Positions 12,199 to 22,346 of a stretch of 64,000 bases of DNA are shown piece by piece. The stretch's first letter is position 1, and each line of letters opens with the position of its first letter. The notes under the pieces were generated by a model. The model was given only the letters and a program-made list of their open reading frames with translations. It ran no database searches and was not told where the DNA came from. The stretch lies in the NCBI GenBank assembly GCA_965243395.1, contig CBDEUS010000001.1, positions 448,001 through 512,000 on the forward strand, read 5' to 3'. A program made the position numbers and the translations under genes. The DNA is from Gammaproteobacteria bacterium. GTDB taxonomy: Bacteria > Pseudomonadota > Gammaproteobacteria > UBA4575.

Positions 12199-13464
12199 AT
12201 GAGATTTAATAGTTTAAAAGAATGGTTGAATTGGCAACAAACTCTGCATTCGCAAAAAATAGAGTTGGGTTTAGAGCGTATTGCCGAAGTAGCCAACACT
12301 ATGGGGGTAGCAAGGCCAAAATATAAAACCATAGTGGTGGCAGGCACAAATGGTAAAGGCTCCATAGTAAGCGTTTTAGAATCTATTTATCTACGAGCGG
12401 GTTATCGTGTAGGCGCTTATACTTCACCACATTTGCTGCACTACAACGAACGTATTCGTGTTCAACAAAAAAATACAGATGATGAAATTTTATGTAATGC
12501 ATTTGATATAGTGGATCGTACTCGTGGGGAAACAAGCTTAAGTTATTTCGAATTTGGCACATTAGCTGCAATGCAAATTTTTAGTGAATCCAAATTGGAT
12601 GTCGCGATTTATGAGGTAGGTTTAGGTGGAAGGCTTGATGCAGTCAACATTTTAGATTCTGATTTAGCTTTCGTTTCTAGTATTGGGATTGACCACGTTC
12701 AGTGGTTAGGACCCACACGCGAATCGATTGGCTATGAAAAAGCAGGTGTATTTCGATCCAATCATATTGCAATTTGTGGAGACATGGACCCGCCCAGCAG
12801 TTTGACTAAATATGCAAAAGAATTAGGGACGAATCTGCTAGTAATAAATAAAGATTTCTCCTATGAAAAACAGAATAGCAAGACATGGTCATTTGATAGT
12901 GAAAAAATGAGTTGGGATAATTTGCCTATGCCAAGCTTGTATGGGGATGTTCAATTAAGAAATGTGGCTACAGCTCTGATGGGTGTGGTAAGCATGGATG
13001 AAAAATTACCGGTCACACGCGAGAGTATTGATCATGGTTTGACTAATATTAGTTTGCCTGGACGCTTCCAGCGTATCCAAGGGCCATGTGAAATCATTTT
13101 AGATGTGGCTCACAATGTGGATAGTGCAAAAGTATTGGTGAATAATCTAAACGAACTAGAACCTGTGACGAAGACCATAGCCGTTTTTGCTGTATTAGCA
13201 GATAAAGATATCTCCGGTATTATTGAATGTGTTGGTGAAGTCTTTGATGAATGGCATATTTCCCAGCTTAAATCTGAGCGAATGCTTGGGAAAGAGAAAT
13301 TAAAACAACAGCTCGAAAACTATTGTAACGAGTGCCTAGTTTATACACATGACTCAATTTCTGCTGCCTATAAAGCGGTAAAAAATAAGGTCGACGAATC
13401 AATGCGAATAGTAGTTTTTGGTTCGTTTTTAACAGTAGCAGAAGCACTGAGCCAAGAAGTATAA
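12199..13464 (+). CDS. folC: bifunctional dihydrofolate/folylpolyglutamate synthase
   Basis: VAGTNGKGS, YTSPHL, EVGLGGRLDAVN and LDVAHN motifs; ATG 12199 is the likely start. Confidence 0.96.
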   Translation: MRFNSLKEWLNWQQTLHSQKIELGLERIAEVANTMGVARPKYKTIVVAGTNGKGSIVSVLESIYLRAGYRVGAYTSPHLLHYNERIRVQQKNTDDEILCNAFDIVDRTRGETSLSYFEFGTLAAMQIFSESKLDVAIYEVGLGGRLDAVNILDSDLAFVSSIGIDHVQWLGPTRESIGYEKAGVFRSNHIAICGDMDPPSSLTKYAKELGTNLLVINKDFSYEKQNSKTWSFDSEKMSWDNLPMPSLYGDVQLRNVATALMGVVSMDEKLPVTRESIDHGLTNISLPGRFQRIQGPCEIILDVAHNVDSAKVLVNNLNELEPVTKTIAVFAVLADKDISGIIECVGEVFDEWHISQLKSERMLGKEKLKQQLENYCNECLVYTHDSISAAYKAVKNKVDESMRIVVFGSFLTVAEALSQEV

Positions 13465-13563
13465 TTTGGTCTCTAGGCAAAGGGATGCTAAAAAATTGAT
13501 TTTTTTGTTAAACGGACTTAAAGGTTGATGGTCTAAGTTTTTCCTATACTTAAGATATATATT

Positions 13564-14172
13564 ATGGAAACTACATTAAAACAACGCCTGATTGGAGCCG
13601 CAGTCATTATTGCGCTAGCGGTAATTTTTGTACCTATGATATTAGATGGTTCTGGTCGTGAAGAATCCGTCGCGCTGGATATGGAAGTACCGCCCGAACC
13701 TACTTTTACTTTTGAAAGTGAATTACCCGATCCAAAAAAATTAGATGAACTACCACCTATTGATGCAGAAGTGGTCGAAGAACAAGAGGAGCCCAAAGTA
13801 GAAAAGTCTGCTGATCAAGAGTCCAATGAAACTGTAAAGACAGAAAATCCAGACAAAAAAGAGGAACAAAAGATTGCAACCGCGACTCAAGTGGTTGAAG
13901 CCACGGAAGACCATATTGAAACTAATCCTGCATTGAGTGCTTGGGCAGTACAGGTTGCCGCCTTTGGTGAGAAAAACAAGGCGGTAGCATTACAAGAAAA
14001 ATTGATAGCCAAGAATTTACCGGCCTTTACTGAGCAGTCTGAAAAAGGCAATAAAATACTTTACCGAGTAAAAGTTGGTCCTGAGCTACAACGTGAAAAT
14101 GCCGAAAAATTACGTGATAAAATTGAAAAAGAGCATGGTTTAAAAGGTAGTTTTGTAACTAAACATCCTTGA
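13564..14172 (+). CDS. dedD: SPOR-domain cell division protein DedD
   Basis: LKQRLIGA..TM..PMILDG N-terminus; C-terminal SPOR domain (WAVQVAAF, YRVKVGP); folC-dedD-cvpA-purF synteny. Confidence 0.9.
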   Translation: METTLKQRLIGAAVIIALAVIFVPMILDGSGREESVALDMEVPPEPTFTFESELPDPKKLDELPPIDAEVVEEQEEPKVEKSADQESNETVKTENPDKKEEQKIATATQVVEATEDHIETNPALSAWAVQVAAFGEKNKAVALQEKLIAKNLPAFTEQSEKGNKILYRVKVGPELQRENAEKLRDKIEKEHGLKGSFVTKHP

Positions 14173-14228
14173 TGAAAATTAAATTACTGTGCTGAGAAAA
14201 TATTTTATTTAACCGCTAGAAGTCACAT

Positions 14229-14795
14229 ATGGAATTTTCTTGGATTGATATAGGAATTATCATCATTCTTTTGATCTCGATAGCTGTGGCTATCTTTCGT
14301 GGCTTTGTGAAAGAGGCAGTATCACTTGCGAGTTGGGTAATTGCAATTTGGTTGGCGATGACGTTCTCACATCAGGTGGCATTATTTTTACCTTCAAGTA
14401 TCGATGAAGCTTCTATCAGCTTGTCTCAAAGCGAAGTAGAGGTGAGTAAATTACGTATTGGTATTGCCTTTGTGCTGATTGTTATTGGAACTTTGATTGC
14501 AGGAGCATTGTTAAATTATATTCTTAGTCATTTAACTAAAAATCGTGCTATTAAAGGTATAGATAGAATCTTGGGCGGTTTTTTTGGTTTCTTTCGTGGA
14601 ACCGCAATTGTAGTGTTATTAATTTTGGCAGCTTCTTATACTAATTTTCCGGTATCTGAAACCTGGAAATCTTCACAAGTTTTACCCCCATTTGAAGAAG
14701 TCGCAAAAAAAGCTATTGAGATGATGCCTCCAGAATTTTCTAAATATTTCTCACTAGATGAGAAAGAATTAACAGCTTCTTCTTTTCACTTATAG
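14229..14795 (+). CDS. cvpA: CvpA-family membrane protein
   Basis: RGFVKEAVSL and DRILGGFFG motifs; precedes purF. Confidence 0.92.
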   Translation: MEFSWIDIGIIIILLISIAVAIFRGFVKEAVSLASWVIAIWLAMTFSHQVALFLPSSIDEASISLSQSEVEVSKLRIGIAFVLIVIGTLIAGALLNYILSHLTKNRAIKGIDRILGGFFGFFRGTAIVVLLILAASYTNFPVSETWKSSQVLPPFEEVAKKAIEMMPPEFSKYFSLDEKELTASSFHL

Positions 14796-14813
14796 CGAAA
14801 TCGAATCTAAAAG

Positions 14814-16319
14814 ATGTGTGGAATAGCAGGAATCGTTGCAAACAGCGCGGTTAATCAAGACTTATATAACGCTTTATTGATGTTGCAACATCGAGGGCAA
14901 GATGCTGCGGGCATTGTTACATACGATAACGGGAGATTGTATCAACGCAAATCGATTGGATTAGTAAGTGATGTTTTCCAAAGCCGTCACATGGAGCGTC
15001 TAAAAGGGAATATGGGTATCGGTCATGTTCGTTATCCTACTGCTGGCACATCATCTTCGGCAGAAGCACAACCGTTCTATGTAAATTCACCTTTTGGTAT
15101 TTCCCTGGCGCATAACGGAAATTTAGTGAATGCTGAGCAACTTAAAAAAGAATTGTTTTTAGAGGATCGGCGACATCTTAACACCGATTCAGATTCGGAA
15201 ATTCTATTAAATGTATTTGCACATGAATTAGCTAAACAGGAGTCTTTGCAACTACACCCGGATGATGTCTTCGCTGCGGTAAGGGGTGTACATAGACGCT
15301 GTAAAGGTGCTTATGCAGTTGTAGCTATGCTCACGGGTCGTGGAATTGTTGCATTCAGAGATCCTAATGGAATTCGACCTTTAGTGTACGGTGTGCGTGA
15401 ATCTAAACATGGTATGGAATATATAGTTGCATCCGAAAGTGTAGCCTTGGATGTTTTAGGTTATAGCTTAGTGCGAGATATTTCCCCGGGTGAAGCAATA
15501 TTTATCGATGAGCATGGCAAAATTTCTACCCAGCAATGCGCAAGTGATGCATTACACACGCCGTGTATTTTTGAATACGTCTATTTCGCAAGACCTGATT
15601 CGGTAATTGAAGATGTTTTTGTGCAGAAAGCGCGTATGCGCATGGGGCAGTGCTTGGCAAAAAAAATTCTTCAGGAATGGAAAGATCACGACATTGACGT
15701 TGTGATGCCTATACCAGATACCAGTCGCACGACTGCAATAGAAATTGCCTATCTGTTGGGTGTGAAGTACCGTGAAGGTTTCATTAAGAACCGCTACATT
15801 GCACGAACATTTATTATGCCAGGTCAAAAGAAACGTAAGAAATCAGTACGACAAAAATTAAACCCTGTGGGTTTAGAATTTCGCGATAAAAATGTTTTAC
15901 TGGTGGATGATTCGATTGTTCGTGGAACGACTTCTCGAGAGATTGCTCAGATGGCACGAGATACAGGCGCAAAGAAGGTTTACTTTGCTTCTGCATCACC
16001 ACCTGTTCGTTATCAAAATATTTATGGTATTGATATGCCTGCGCGTAAAGAGCTAATTGCTTACAATCGCGATGTTGATGAAATATGCAAAGAAATTCAA
16101 GCGGATGGGCTGATTTACCAAGATCTAGACGATCTTATATGGTCAGTACAGCAAGGCAATTTACGTTTAGAAAAATTTGATACTTCAGTGTTTAATGGAG
16201 ACTATATAACAGGAGTTGAAAAAGGATATTTTGAGAACCTTGAAAGTACTCGCAATGATAAATCTAAACAAGAGCGTGAAAAAGAGTATGTAGGAATTGA
16301 TTTGCATAACAGTAATTAA
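14814..16319 (+). CDS. purF: amidophosphoribosyltransferase
   Basis: N-terminal [28 protein letters not shown] motif. Confidence 0.98.
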   Translation: MCGIAGIVANSAVNQDLYNALLMLQHRGQDAAGIVTYDNGRLYQRKSIGLVSDVFQSRHMERLKGNMGIGHVRYPTAGTSSSAEAQPFYVNSPFGISLAHNGNLVNAEQLKKELFLEDRRHLNTDSDSEILLNVFAHELAKQESLQLHPDDVFAAVRGVHRRCKGAYAVVAMLTGRGIVAFRDPNGIRPLVYGVRESKHGMEYIVASESVALDVLGYSLVRDISPGEAIFIDEHGKISTQQCASDALHTPCIFEYVYFARPDSVIEDVFVQKARMRMGQCLAKKILQEWKDHDIDVVMPIPDTSRTTAIEIAYLLGVKYREGFIKNRYIARTFIMPGQKKRKKSVRQKLNPVGLEFRDKNVLLVDDSIVRGTTSREIAQMARDTGAKKVYFASASPPVRYQNIYGIDMPARKELIAYNRDVDEICKEIQADGLIYQDLDDLIWSVQQGNLRLEKFDTSVFNGDYITGVEKGYFENLESTRNDKSKQEREKEYVGIDLHNSN

Positions 16320-16330
16320 TACTTACTACC

Positions 16331-16903
16331 ATGTCAGACAATAAAACAGCTGAAGAACTGTTACCCATCTTGCAGCAGACCTGTGAAAAATATCCATTGC
16401 ATGCAGGTTTTCCAGCAGCAATAGTTAAAGTAAATGAACAAAACTTATTTTTATTTGAAAAAAATAAACTGATCGCGGAATATCCTGTCTCGACATCGCG
16501 ATATGGAGTAGGACAAATAGAGGGTTCGTATATGACCCCTTTAGGTGTGCATTATGTTCAAGAAAAAATTGGTGCGCAGTCCAAATGTGGTGAAATATTT
16601 TTATCACGAGAACCGACCCATACTATGGTTAACATAGAGCATAATGCAGTTAGCACGGATAAAGAATGTATAACTTCCCGAATCCTTTGGTTGAGTGGGA
16701 TGGAAGAAGGGTTTAATAAGGGAATTAATTCAGCGGGCGAGTGTGTAGATAGCTATGAGCGATATATTTATATACATGGTACGCATGAAGAAGGACTTAT
16801 AGGGCAAGTTGCTTCAATAGGCTGTGTACGAATGAAAAATATTGACGTAATTGATCTTTTTGATCGTCTCGTACTTTCTTCCTTAGTTATTATCTTGAAC
16901 TAG
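16331..16903 (+). CDS. YkuD-family L,D-transpeptidase-like protein
   Basis: YPVSTS..G, TPLG and IYIHGT...SIGCVRM (His...Cys catalytic motif). Confidence 0.85.
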   Translation: MSDNKTAEELLPILQQTCEKYPLHAGFPAAIVKVNEQNLFLFEKNKLIAEYPVSTSRYGVGQIEGSYMTPLGVHYVQEKIGAQSKCGEIFLSREPTHTMVNIEHNAVSTDKECITSRILWLSGMEEGFNKGINSAGECVDSYERYIYIHGTHEEGLIGQVASIGCVRMKNIDVIDLFDRLVLSSLVIILN

Positions 16904-16911
16904 ATTAATAA

Positions 16912-17706
16912 ATGCTTAGTTTGTTTCAGTCAGCATTAGATTGTTTGTTGATTACCGATCCGCGAGATAAGTGCAAATCTGTATTCGCATTACAGAAACA
17001 TTTTCATATAGATAATAATGCCCTGGTTAATTCAATTGATGTTAGCTCAATCATTACTCCAGGCCGTCCTGATTTGCCTAAACTAGTTCCTCCGCAACAG
17101 GTTCCCAAGCGCAAGTTAGCCACAGAAGAAGGACGCATTGCACTTATACATGCAATTGCTCATATAGAGTTCAATGCTATCAACTTGGCATTGGATGCGA
17201 TGATGCGTTTTCAAGATATGCCCATTGAATATTATCAAGACTGGATGCGAGTTGCGTTCGAAGAAGCGCAACATTTCACAATGCTGCAAAAACGACTGCA
17301 GCAATCAGGTTACAACTATGGTGATTTTGATGCACATAATGGCTTGTGGGAAATGGCAATGAAAACACGTGATAGCGTGATCGCACGAATGGCATTAGTG
17401 CCAAGAGTGCTGGAAGCCAGAGGCTTGGATGTTACGCCGGGAATGATAAAGCGATTAGAAAGCTATAAAGATTTTGAAACCGTTGAGATTTTAAAAATAA
17501 TTTTTGAACAGGAAATAGGGCACGTTGCAATCGGGAGTCGCTGGTTTAAATATGCCTGTGAACAAAAACATCTAGAACCAGAAAAAACATTTCAGGACTT
17601 GCTAAAAGAGTATATGTCGGGTGAGCTTAGAGGCCCCTTTGAAATAGATGCACGAAAAAAAGCAGGCTTCAGCCATGCAGAGCTGCAAGCTTTACAAAAT
17701 GTGTAA
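16912..17706 (+). CDS. ferritin-like domain protein (DUF455 type)
   Basis: HAIAHIEFNAINLA, EEAQHF, LEARGLDVTP and EIGHV di-iron ExxH motifs. Confidence 0.85.
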   Translation: MLSLFQSALDCLLITDPRDKCKSVFALQKHFHIDNNALVNSIDVSSIITPGRPDLPKLVPPQQVPKRKLATEEGRIALIHAIAHIEFNAINLALDAMMRFQDMPIEYYQDWMRVAFEEAQHFTMLQKRLQQSGYNYGDFDAHNGLWEMAMKTRDSVIARMALVPRVLEARGLDVTPGMIKRLESYKDFETVEILKIIFEQEIGHVAIGSRWFKYACEQKHLEPEKTFQDLLKEYMSGELRGPFEIDARKKAGFSHAELQALQNV

Positions 17707-17741
17707 ATTACACATCGTTAAATAGCAATCAAGAACAATGA

Positions 17742-17969
17742 TTATTTTTTAAATAACCCTTTAACGACTTTAAGTGATTTGTCTATGCTTTTTGCGTCAG
17801 ACTCTCTTCGTTTCATCACTCTTCTTTCTTTCATCACTAGTTTGTGATCATCATCGATAAAAGGAAACCGTGTCTTGGAATTTGAAATTCTTCGATCACC
17901 ATATTTTCTTCGCTCAATTGAGTCGTCATTACTTTCTGTGCTGTGTGATTTTTTCGCAGGATTTAACAT
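17742..17969 (-). CDS. small basic hypothetical protein with ERRxxxDRR-type motifs
   Basis: 75-aa ORF with AAGGA upstream; ERRKYGDRR...FPFID...ERRVMKRR. Confidence 0.65.
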   Translation of the reverse strand: MLNPAKKSHSTESNDDSIERRKYGDRRISNSKTRFPFIDDDHKLVMKERRVMKRRESDAKSIDKSLKVVKGLFKK

Positions 17970-18156
17970 ATCCTTAATCTATATTTACAAAAAATAAAAT
18001 TATAGACTCACAAAATTTGACTTGAGCAACAGTTGAATAAGAGGATTAATTGGATACCTGAACGGTTAAACACTTATATAAAACGTGATTGAGTACTCAA
18101 TTTAAAATGCTTTCTGATTTGCTCCTATCCTCTTAGAAAACAAGCATCGGAATCTG

Positions 18157-18879
18157 TCAGGTGCGTAGGGTTTCAAGATGTGAACTATCAGGAGTGCAGC
18201 GGAGAACACTGCCTTGGTCATACCAGTCTCCTAGCACGGTTCGTTGATGGGGTTTGCCATTTAATATGAATTCATGCTCGGCAGGGCGGTGAGTGTGGCC
18301 ATGAATCAAGTGCGTGACATTATGTTTTTGCATTACTTTTTCGACAGTTTGTTGGTTTACATCCATGATTTCTTCTGGTTTCTCTTGAATAGCTGATTTG
18401 CTCTTATTGCGTAAACCATCCGCAATTTTTAGGCGTTGCTTTACGCTAAGTAATAGCACGGCTCTTCTAATTAACGGGTTGCGTGCTTTCGCGCGATATT
18501 TTTGATAAGCAATATCATCGGTGCATAACGTATCACCATGCATAATGAGCGTAGGGGTGCCATATAAATCGATTACCGTTTCTTCCTGTAATATTTTGCA
18601 CTGTATTTGTCTAGCAAACTTTTTGCCTATTAAGAAATCACGGTTTCCATGAATTAAAAAAACGGGCGTTCCCGAAGCACTGAAAGTGCGAAGAGAATCA
18701 ATTACTGGTTCAAGTCCTACTGCAGGGTCGTCATCACCAATCCAGTATTCAAATAGATCGCCTAAAATATATAGCGCATCTACACCAGAATTACTTTCTA
18801 AAAAACGACAAAAAGCCGCAATGATATGCGGCCTTTTGGGATCGAGATGTAAATCAGATACAAATAGTGTTTGAGTCAT
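18157..18879 (-). CDS. lpxH: UDP-2,3-diacylglucosamine diphosphatase
   Basis: SDLHL, GDLFEYWIGDD, HGNRDF, HGDTLCTDD and HGHTH motifs; downstream of ppiB. Confidence 0.96.
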   Translation of the reverse strand: MTQTLFVSDLHLDPKRPHIIAAFCRFLESNSGVDALYILGDLFEYWIGDDDPAVGLEPVIDSLRTFSASGTPVFLIHGNRDFLIGKKFARQIQCKILQEETVIDLYGTPTLIMHGDTLCTDDIAYQKYRAKARNPLIRRAVLLLSVKQRLKIADGLRNKSKSAIQEKPEEIMDVNQQTVEKVMQKHNVTHLIHGHTHRPAEHEFILNGKPHQRTVLGDWYDQGSVLRCTPDSSHLETLRT

Positions 18880-18904
18880 TCCTCAATACTTGTTTGATAT
18901 CGAA

Positions 18905-19483
18905 TTATTCTACAACGGTGACTTTCTCAATCACGACCGTTTCAGAAGGTACGTCCTGGTAAGGGCCTTTAGTTGTTGTAGGGACATCTTTGATTTTATT
19001 TACAACATCCATGCCTTCAGTAACTTTACCAAAGACAGCATATCCCCATCCTTGTGGAGTTTCACTGCTGAAATTCAAGAAATCATTGTCTTTAACATTA
19101 ATAAAAAATTGTGCAGTAGCGGAGTGTGGGTCTCCTGTTCTTGCCATAGCAATTGTGCCTACATCATTTTTAAGCCCATTATTGGCTTCATTGTTAATAG
19201 GATCATGTGTAGTTTTTTGGCTCATATCTTCAGTAAAACCGCCACCCTGTATCATGAAATTTGATATCACACGATGAAAAATCGTGCCATCATAAAAACC
19301 TTCTTTTGCATAAGTTAAGAAGTTCGCAACAGTGTTTGGAGCATTATCAGCATCGAGTTCGAGCATGATTGTTCCGTGATTAGTGTCCATTTTTACCATT
19401 GTAGTTTCTGCCTGAGTGTTAGTGGTTATCATGAAAAATGATATGAATACGAACAGAAGAATTTGCTTGCGCAATGATTTCAT
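18905..19483 (-). CDS. ppiB: cyclophilin-type peptidyl-prolyl isomerase with N-terminal signal peptide
   Basis: [24 protein letters not shown] and WGYAVFG motifs; ppiB position, but a PpiA-like signal peptide. Confidence 0.85.
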   Translation of the reverse strand: MKSLRKQILLFVFISFFMITTNTQAETTMVKMDTNHGTIMLELDADNAPNTVANFLTYAKEGFYDGTIFHRVISNFMIQGGGFTEDMSQKTTHDPINNEANNGLKNDVGTIAMARTGDPHSATAQFFINVKDNDFLNFSSETPQGWGYAVFGKVTEGMDVVNKIKDVPTTTKGPYQDVPSETVVIEKVTVVE

Positions 19484-19636
19484 TTCGCCTCCAATATGTT
19501 TGTGAATATTAATAATTTCATATATTTGTCAGGAAAACCACCTCTAAAGTTCAGAGTATGGCGTGTGGATTCGAGCTGATTAATCAGTAAAACTAAGTTA
19601 AATAGCATTCAAGATGTGGATGGATCCCGTGTGGCA

Positions 19637-19666
19637 TTGACCTATGGAATCACTAGCACGTATGAT
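19637..19666 (+). promoter_or_regulatory. sigma70-type promoter for tRNA-Pro
   Basis: TTGACC-N18-TATGAT followed by GC-rich CCGC discriminator. Confidence 0.6.
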
Positions 19667-19720
19667 CCGCAATCGGTTAAGTTTGATGGTTCTTCCGCCA
19701 TCGATATAAAATCAAGAGAT

Positions 19721-19797
19721 CGGGGCATAGCGCAGTCTGGTAGCGCATCTGCTTTGGGAGCAGAGGGTCGGGGGTTCAAATCCCTCTGCCCCGACCA
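19721..19797 (+). tRNA. tRNA-Pro(TGG)
   Basis: CGGGGCA/TGCCCCG acceptor stem, TCTGC-TTTGGGA-GCAGA anticodon arm, GGTTCAAATCC T-arm, CCA end. Confidence 0.97.
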
Positions 19798-19861
19798 CTT
19801 TCGCGACGGGTACTAGTCGCAGGATAAGTGTTTCGAAGCTATTCAAATATTTTAATAAACC

Positions 19862-20164
19862 TCAAGGATCTGTAAACGATCCTTTCTTATATATATAGAC
19901 GTATGAGACATGGGTGTCTCTAACAAACCCGCTTTCCAATCCCAATTGATTTATGAAATGACGCTCCACTGCGCGAGCTTCTGCATCTTTTATTGGTTGT
20001 GCGTTAAATAAATGAGGTATTGATCTACTGACATGATGTTCCTGATAAAGCCGACGATATAAGTTATCTGAAACACCTACATACCAACTGTTGCTTAGCC
20101 CGCCATTCTCAGCAATGTATGTATTGAACTCTAAAATTAATTTATTGACTATGCTTGTATTCAC
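19862..20164 (-). CDS. hypothetical protein, putative circularly permuted GIY-YIG nuclease-like domain
   Basis: WYVGVSDNLYRRLYQEH, ARAVE and C-terminal YVYIY. Confidence 0.7.
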   Translation of the reverse strand: MNTSIVNKLILEFNTYIAENGGLSNSWYVGVSDNLYRRLYQEHHVSRSIPHLFNAQPIKDAEARAVERHFINQLGLESGFVRDTHVSYVYIYKKGSFTDP

Positions 20165-20246
20165 TCTCTTAAAATTGCGTTACCAGCACTGGGAAGTTGT
20201 GGAATAACAAATACTGGCAACGCGGTCCCCGAAACTTATTAAACAT

Positions 20247-20702
20247 GTGTCACTAGCGCCAACTACGTGCTTTGTGATAACAACTACACTTTTCCTAAAA
20301 AACTGTATATCAGAAATACGAGGTATGTACGATATAGTTGGACTATCAACAATAATTCATGAACCTAGAATCTGGACTGTTAGAAATGACCTTGTAATTG
20401 GAGGCCAGCCTGTAGGCGCAGTAATCATTCATGTTCCGCCAATTGTTAATGACACTGAAGTGTCAAAGTATGTAGGGAACTGTTGCTTGTATGGAGATGT
20501 AAAAGGAAAACTTGTTCTTTCATCAAACGTCGTTTACAAACATTATGAAATACCCGAATGTAACTATATTGGATTTGAGCATTTTAGAAAGTTAAGTGAC
20601 GAAGTTTACGATGTTAGTGGTACTATTATTGATGATCGATCAACTGTACTCCAGTGGGAATACCAGCTAGAAAGAACTGAGAGCAGTGTTCCTGTTTCGT
20701 AA
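20247..20702 (+). CDS. hypothetical protein (start uncertain, possibly ATG 20325)
   Basis: 151-codon ORF in AT-rich DNA; no recognisable motif. Confidence 0.4.
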   Translation: MSLAPTTCFVITTTLFLKNCISEIRGMYDIVGLSTIIHEPRIWTVRNDLVIGGQPVGAVIIHVPPIVNDTEVSKYVGNCCLYGDVKGKLVLSSNVVYKHYEIPECNYIGFEHFRKLSDEVYDVSGTIIDDRSTVLQWEYQLERTESSVPVS

Positions 20703-20870
20703 CTTGCGTCTTCTTACGCATTTACGCTGTGAGTAGTCACTAAATAATGTCTATGCCATTCCAGCTGCATCATTAATTATAAAGTCTACTTTTCTCAAAA
20801 TTGTAAATTTTCAGGGTCTATTCAATTCAGAAAGCCCTTTGAAATTAATAACTTGGAATTCAAAATGCCG

Positions 20871-20917
20871 CTATTTGGAGTAAAGGGTCGGTGGGATTTA
20901 ACACCTTGCTTCAACCA
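20871..20917 (+). repeat. degenerate direct copy of the 3' part of tRNA-Pro (possible old att site)
   Basis: Ungapped hand alignment to 19751-19797 gives 28/47 matches, including AGGGTCGG and terminal ACCA. Confidence 0.5.
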
Positions 20918-21022
20918 GTCTTTTTGAGTACTTCTAGCAGCTAACTGACTTCGAAGCGATTTTTTGCAACCTATTTTCTTTGTCATATAAACAACTCGAT
21001 AATGTTCTACTAAGATAGAACT

Positions 21023-22318
21023 ATGTCGAAAAGCTCATTACCACCCGGACCTGAACAAGCATTTAGTCTAAATGCTGATGAACAATCCTTTGAATTGATT
21101 GGGAGTTTACTGAGTGAGTATGGAGATATTGTTAGCCTGCCAAGCCCTGAAGGGAAACCCGCACAAATAATCATTAATCACCCTGATTACATTAAAGAAG
21201 TATTTGTAACCGAACATAAAAGTATGCAAAAGGGCACAGGATTTGATCGTGTGAAAATTTTGCTTGGTAATGGGCTTATTGTGAGTGATGGGGAATTTTG
21301 GCAGCGTCAAAAACGCATGATTCAACCGATGTTTCATAAAAATGTATTACAGAAAGTGCACACCATTATGTGTGAATGCAATATTCGTTTGGTTGAAAAC
21401 TGGAAAACCAAAACAGAACAGGGGAAGAATATCAATGTAACTAAAGATACTTGTTATCTTGCTTTAGAAATTATCCTGCGCGCACTATTTAGTGAAGACT
21501 ATGATGAAATGTCCTATAAAGGCGTTAACCCGTTTTTCGTCTTAGCCGAACATACGGAAAGGGATTTAGACTTAGTAGTTAAATTTCATAATTTAGGTAA
21601 GTATGTCACACGTTGTATGCAAGATCGTATTGAGCATGAACGTTATCCTGATGACTTACTGTCTATGCTGATGTTGACGGAGGATAAAATCACTCAAGAG
21701 CGAATGACAGAAAAGGAAGTATTAGATGAAGTGATGACTCTGATCGTTGCGGCACATGAAACGACAGCAGCTACGGTTAATTGGATTTGGTATTTTCTTT
21801 CTGAATATGATCAGGTTCTTGCCGGTATCAGAGATGAAATTGACCGCTTAGAGTCAAATCCGCCCAATTTTGAAGCCTTGCAAAAACTGCCATATATTCG
21901 ACAAGTGATTGATGAGGCATTGCGCATGTACCCACCCGGATGGTTACTAAGTCGAGAGGCAATTGAGGACGTTGAGTTAGGAGGTTATCAGCTAGAGGCA
22001 GGCACAAATATTTTTATTTCTCCCTATTTTGTGCACCGACACGAGAAATTTTGGCAACAGCCAGAACAGTTTGATCCACATCGTTTTTCTGAGAGCAATG
22101 CCAAGCAGATCAATCGTTATGCCTATTTTCCATTTTCTATGGGGCAAAGAAGATGCCCAGGCGAAATATTTGCATTGATTGAAATGCAAGTGCATTTCGC
22201 TTATGTTTGCAAGCACTTGGATATGAAATATATTAAAGACATGCCAATTACTTTAGAACCTTTGATAAATCTGCGTACGCAACAAGATTTTTACATGCAA
22301 GCACAGCCTCGCCATTAA
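21023..22318 (+). CDS. cytochrome P450
   Basis: I-helix AAHETT, ExxR (EALR), FDPHRF, heme motif FSMGQRRCPG. Confidence 0.96.
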   Translation: MSKSSLPPGPEQAFSLNADEQSFELIGSLLSEYGDIVSLPSPEGKPAQIIINHPDYIKEVFVTEHKSMQKGTGFDRVKILLGNGLIVSDGEFWQRQKRMIQPMFHKNVLQKVHTIMCECNIRLVENWKTKTEQGKNINVTKDTCYLALEIILRALFSEDYDEMSYKGVNPFFVLAEHTERDLDLVVKFHNLGKYVTRCMQDRIEHERYPDDLLSMLMLTEDKITQERMTEKEVLDEVMTLIVAAHETTAATVNWIWYFLSEYDQVLAGIRDEIDRLESNPPNFEALQKLPYIRQVIDEALRMYPPGWLLSREAIEDVELGGYQLEAGTNIFISPYFVHRHEKFWQQPEQFDPHRFSESNAKQINRYAYFPFSMGQRRCPGEIFALIEMQVHFAYVCKHLDMKYIKDMPITLEPLINLRTQQDFYMQAQPRH

Positions 22319-22346
22319 TTCTTGGCAATTCAATTAAAATTAAATA

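Noticed and set aside
19616-19816. 66-aa ORF
   Set aside because: It reads through tRNA-Pro and its promoter.
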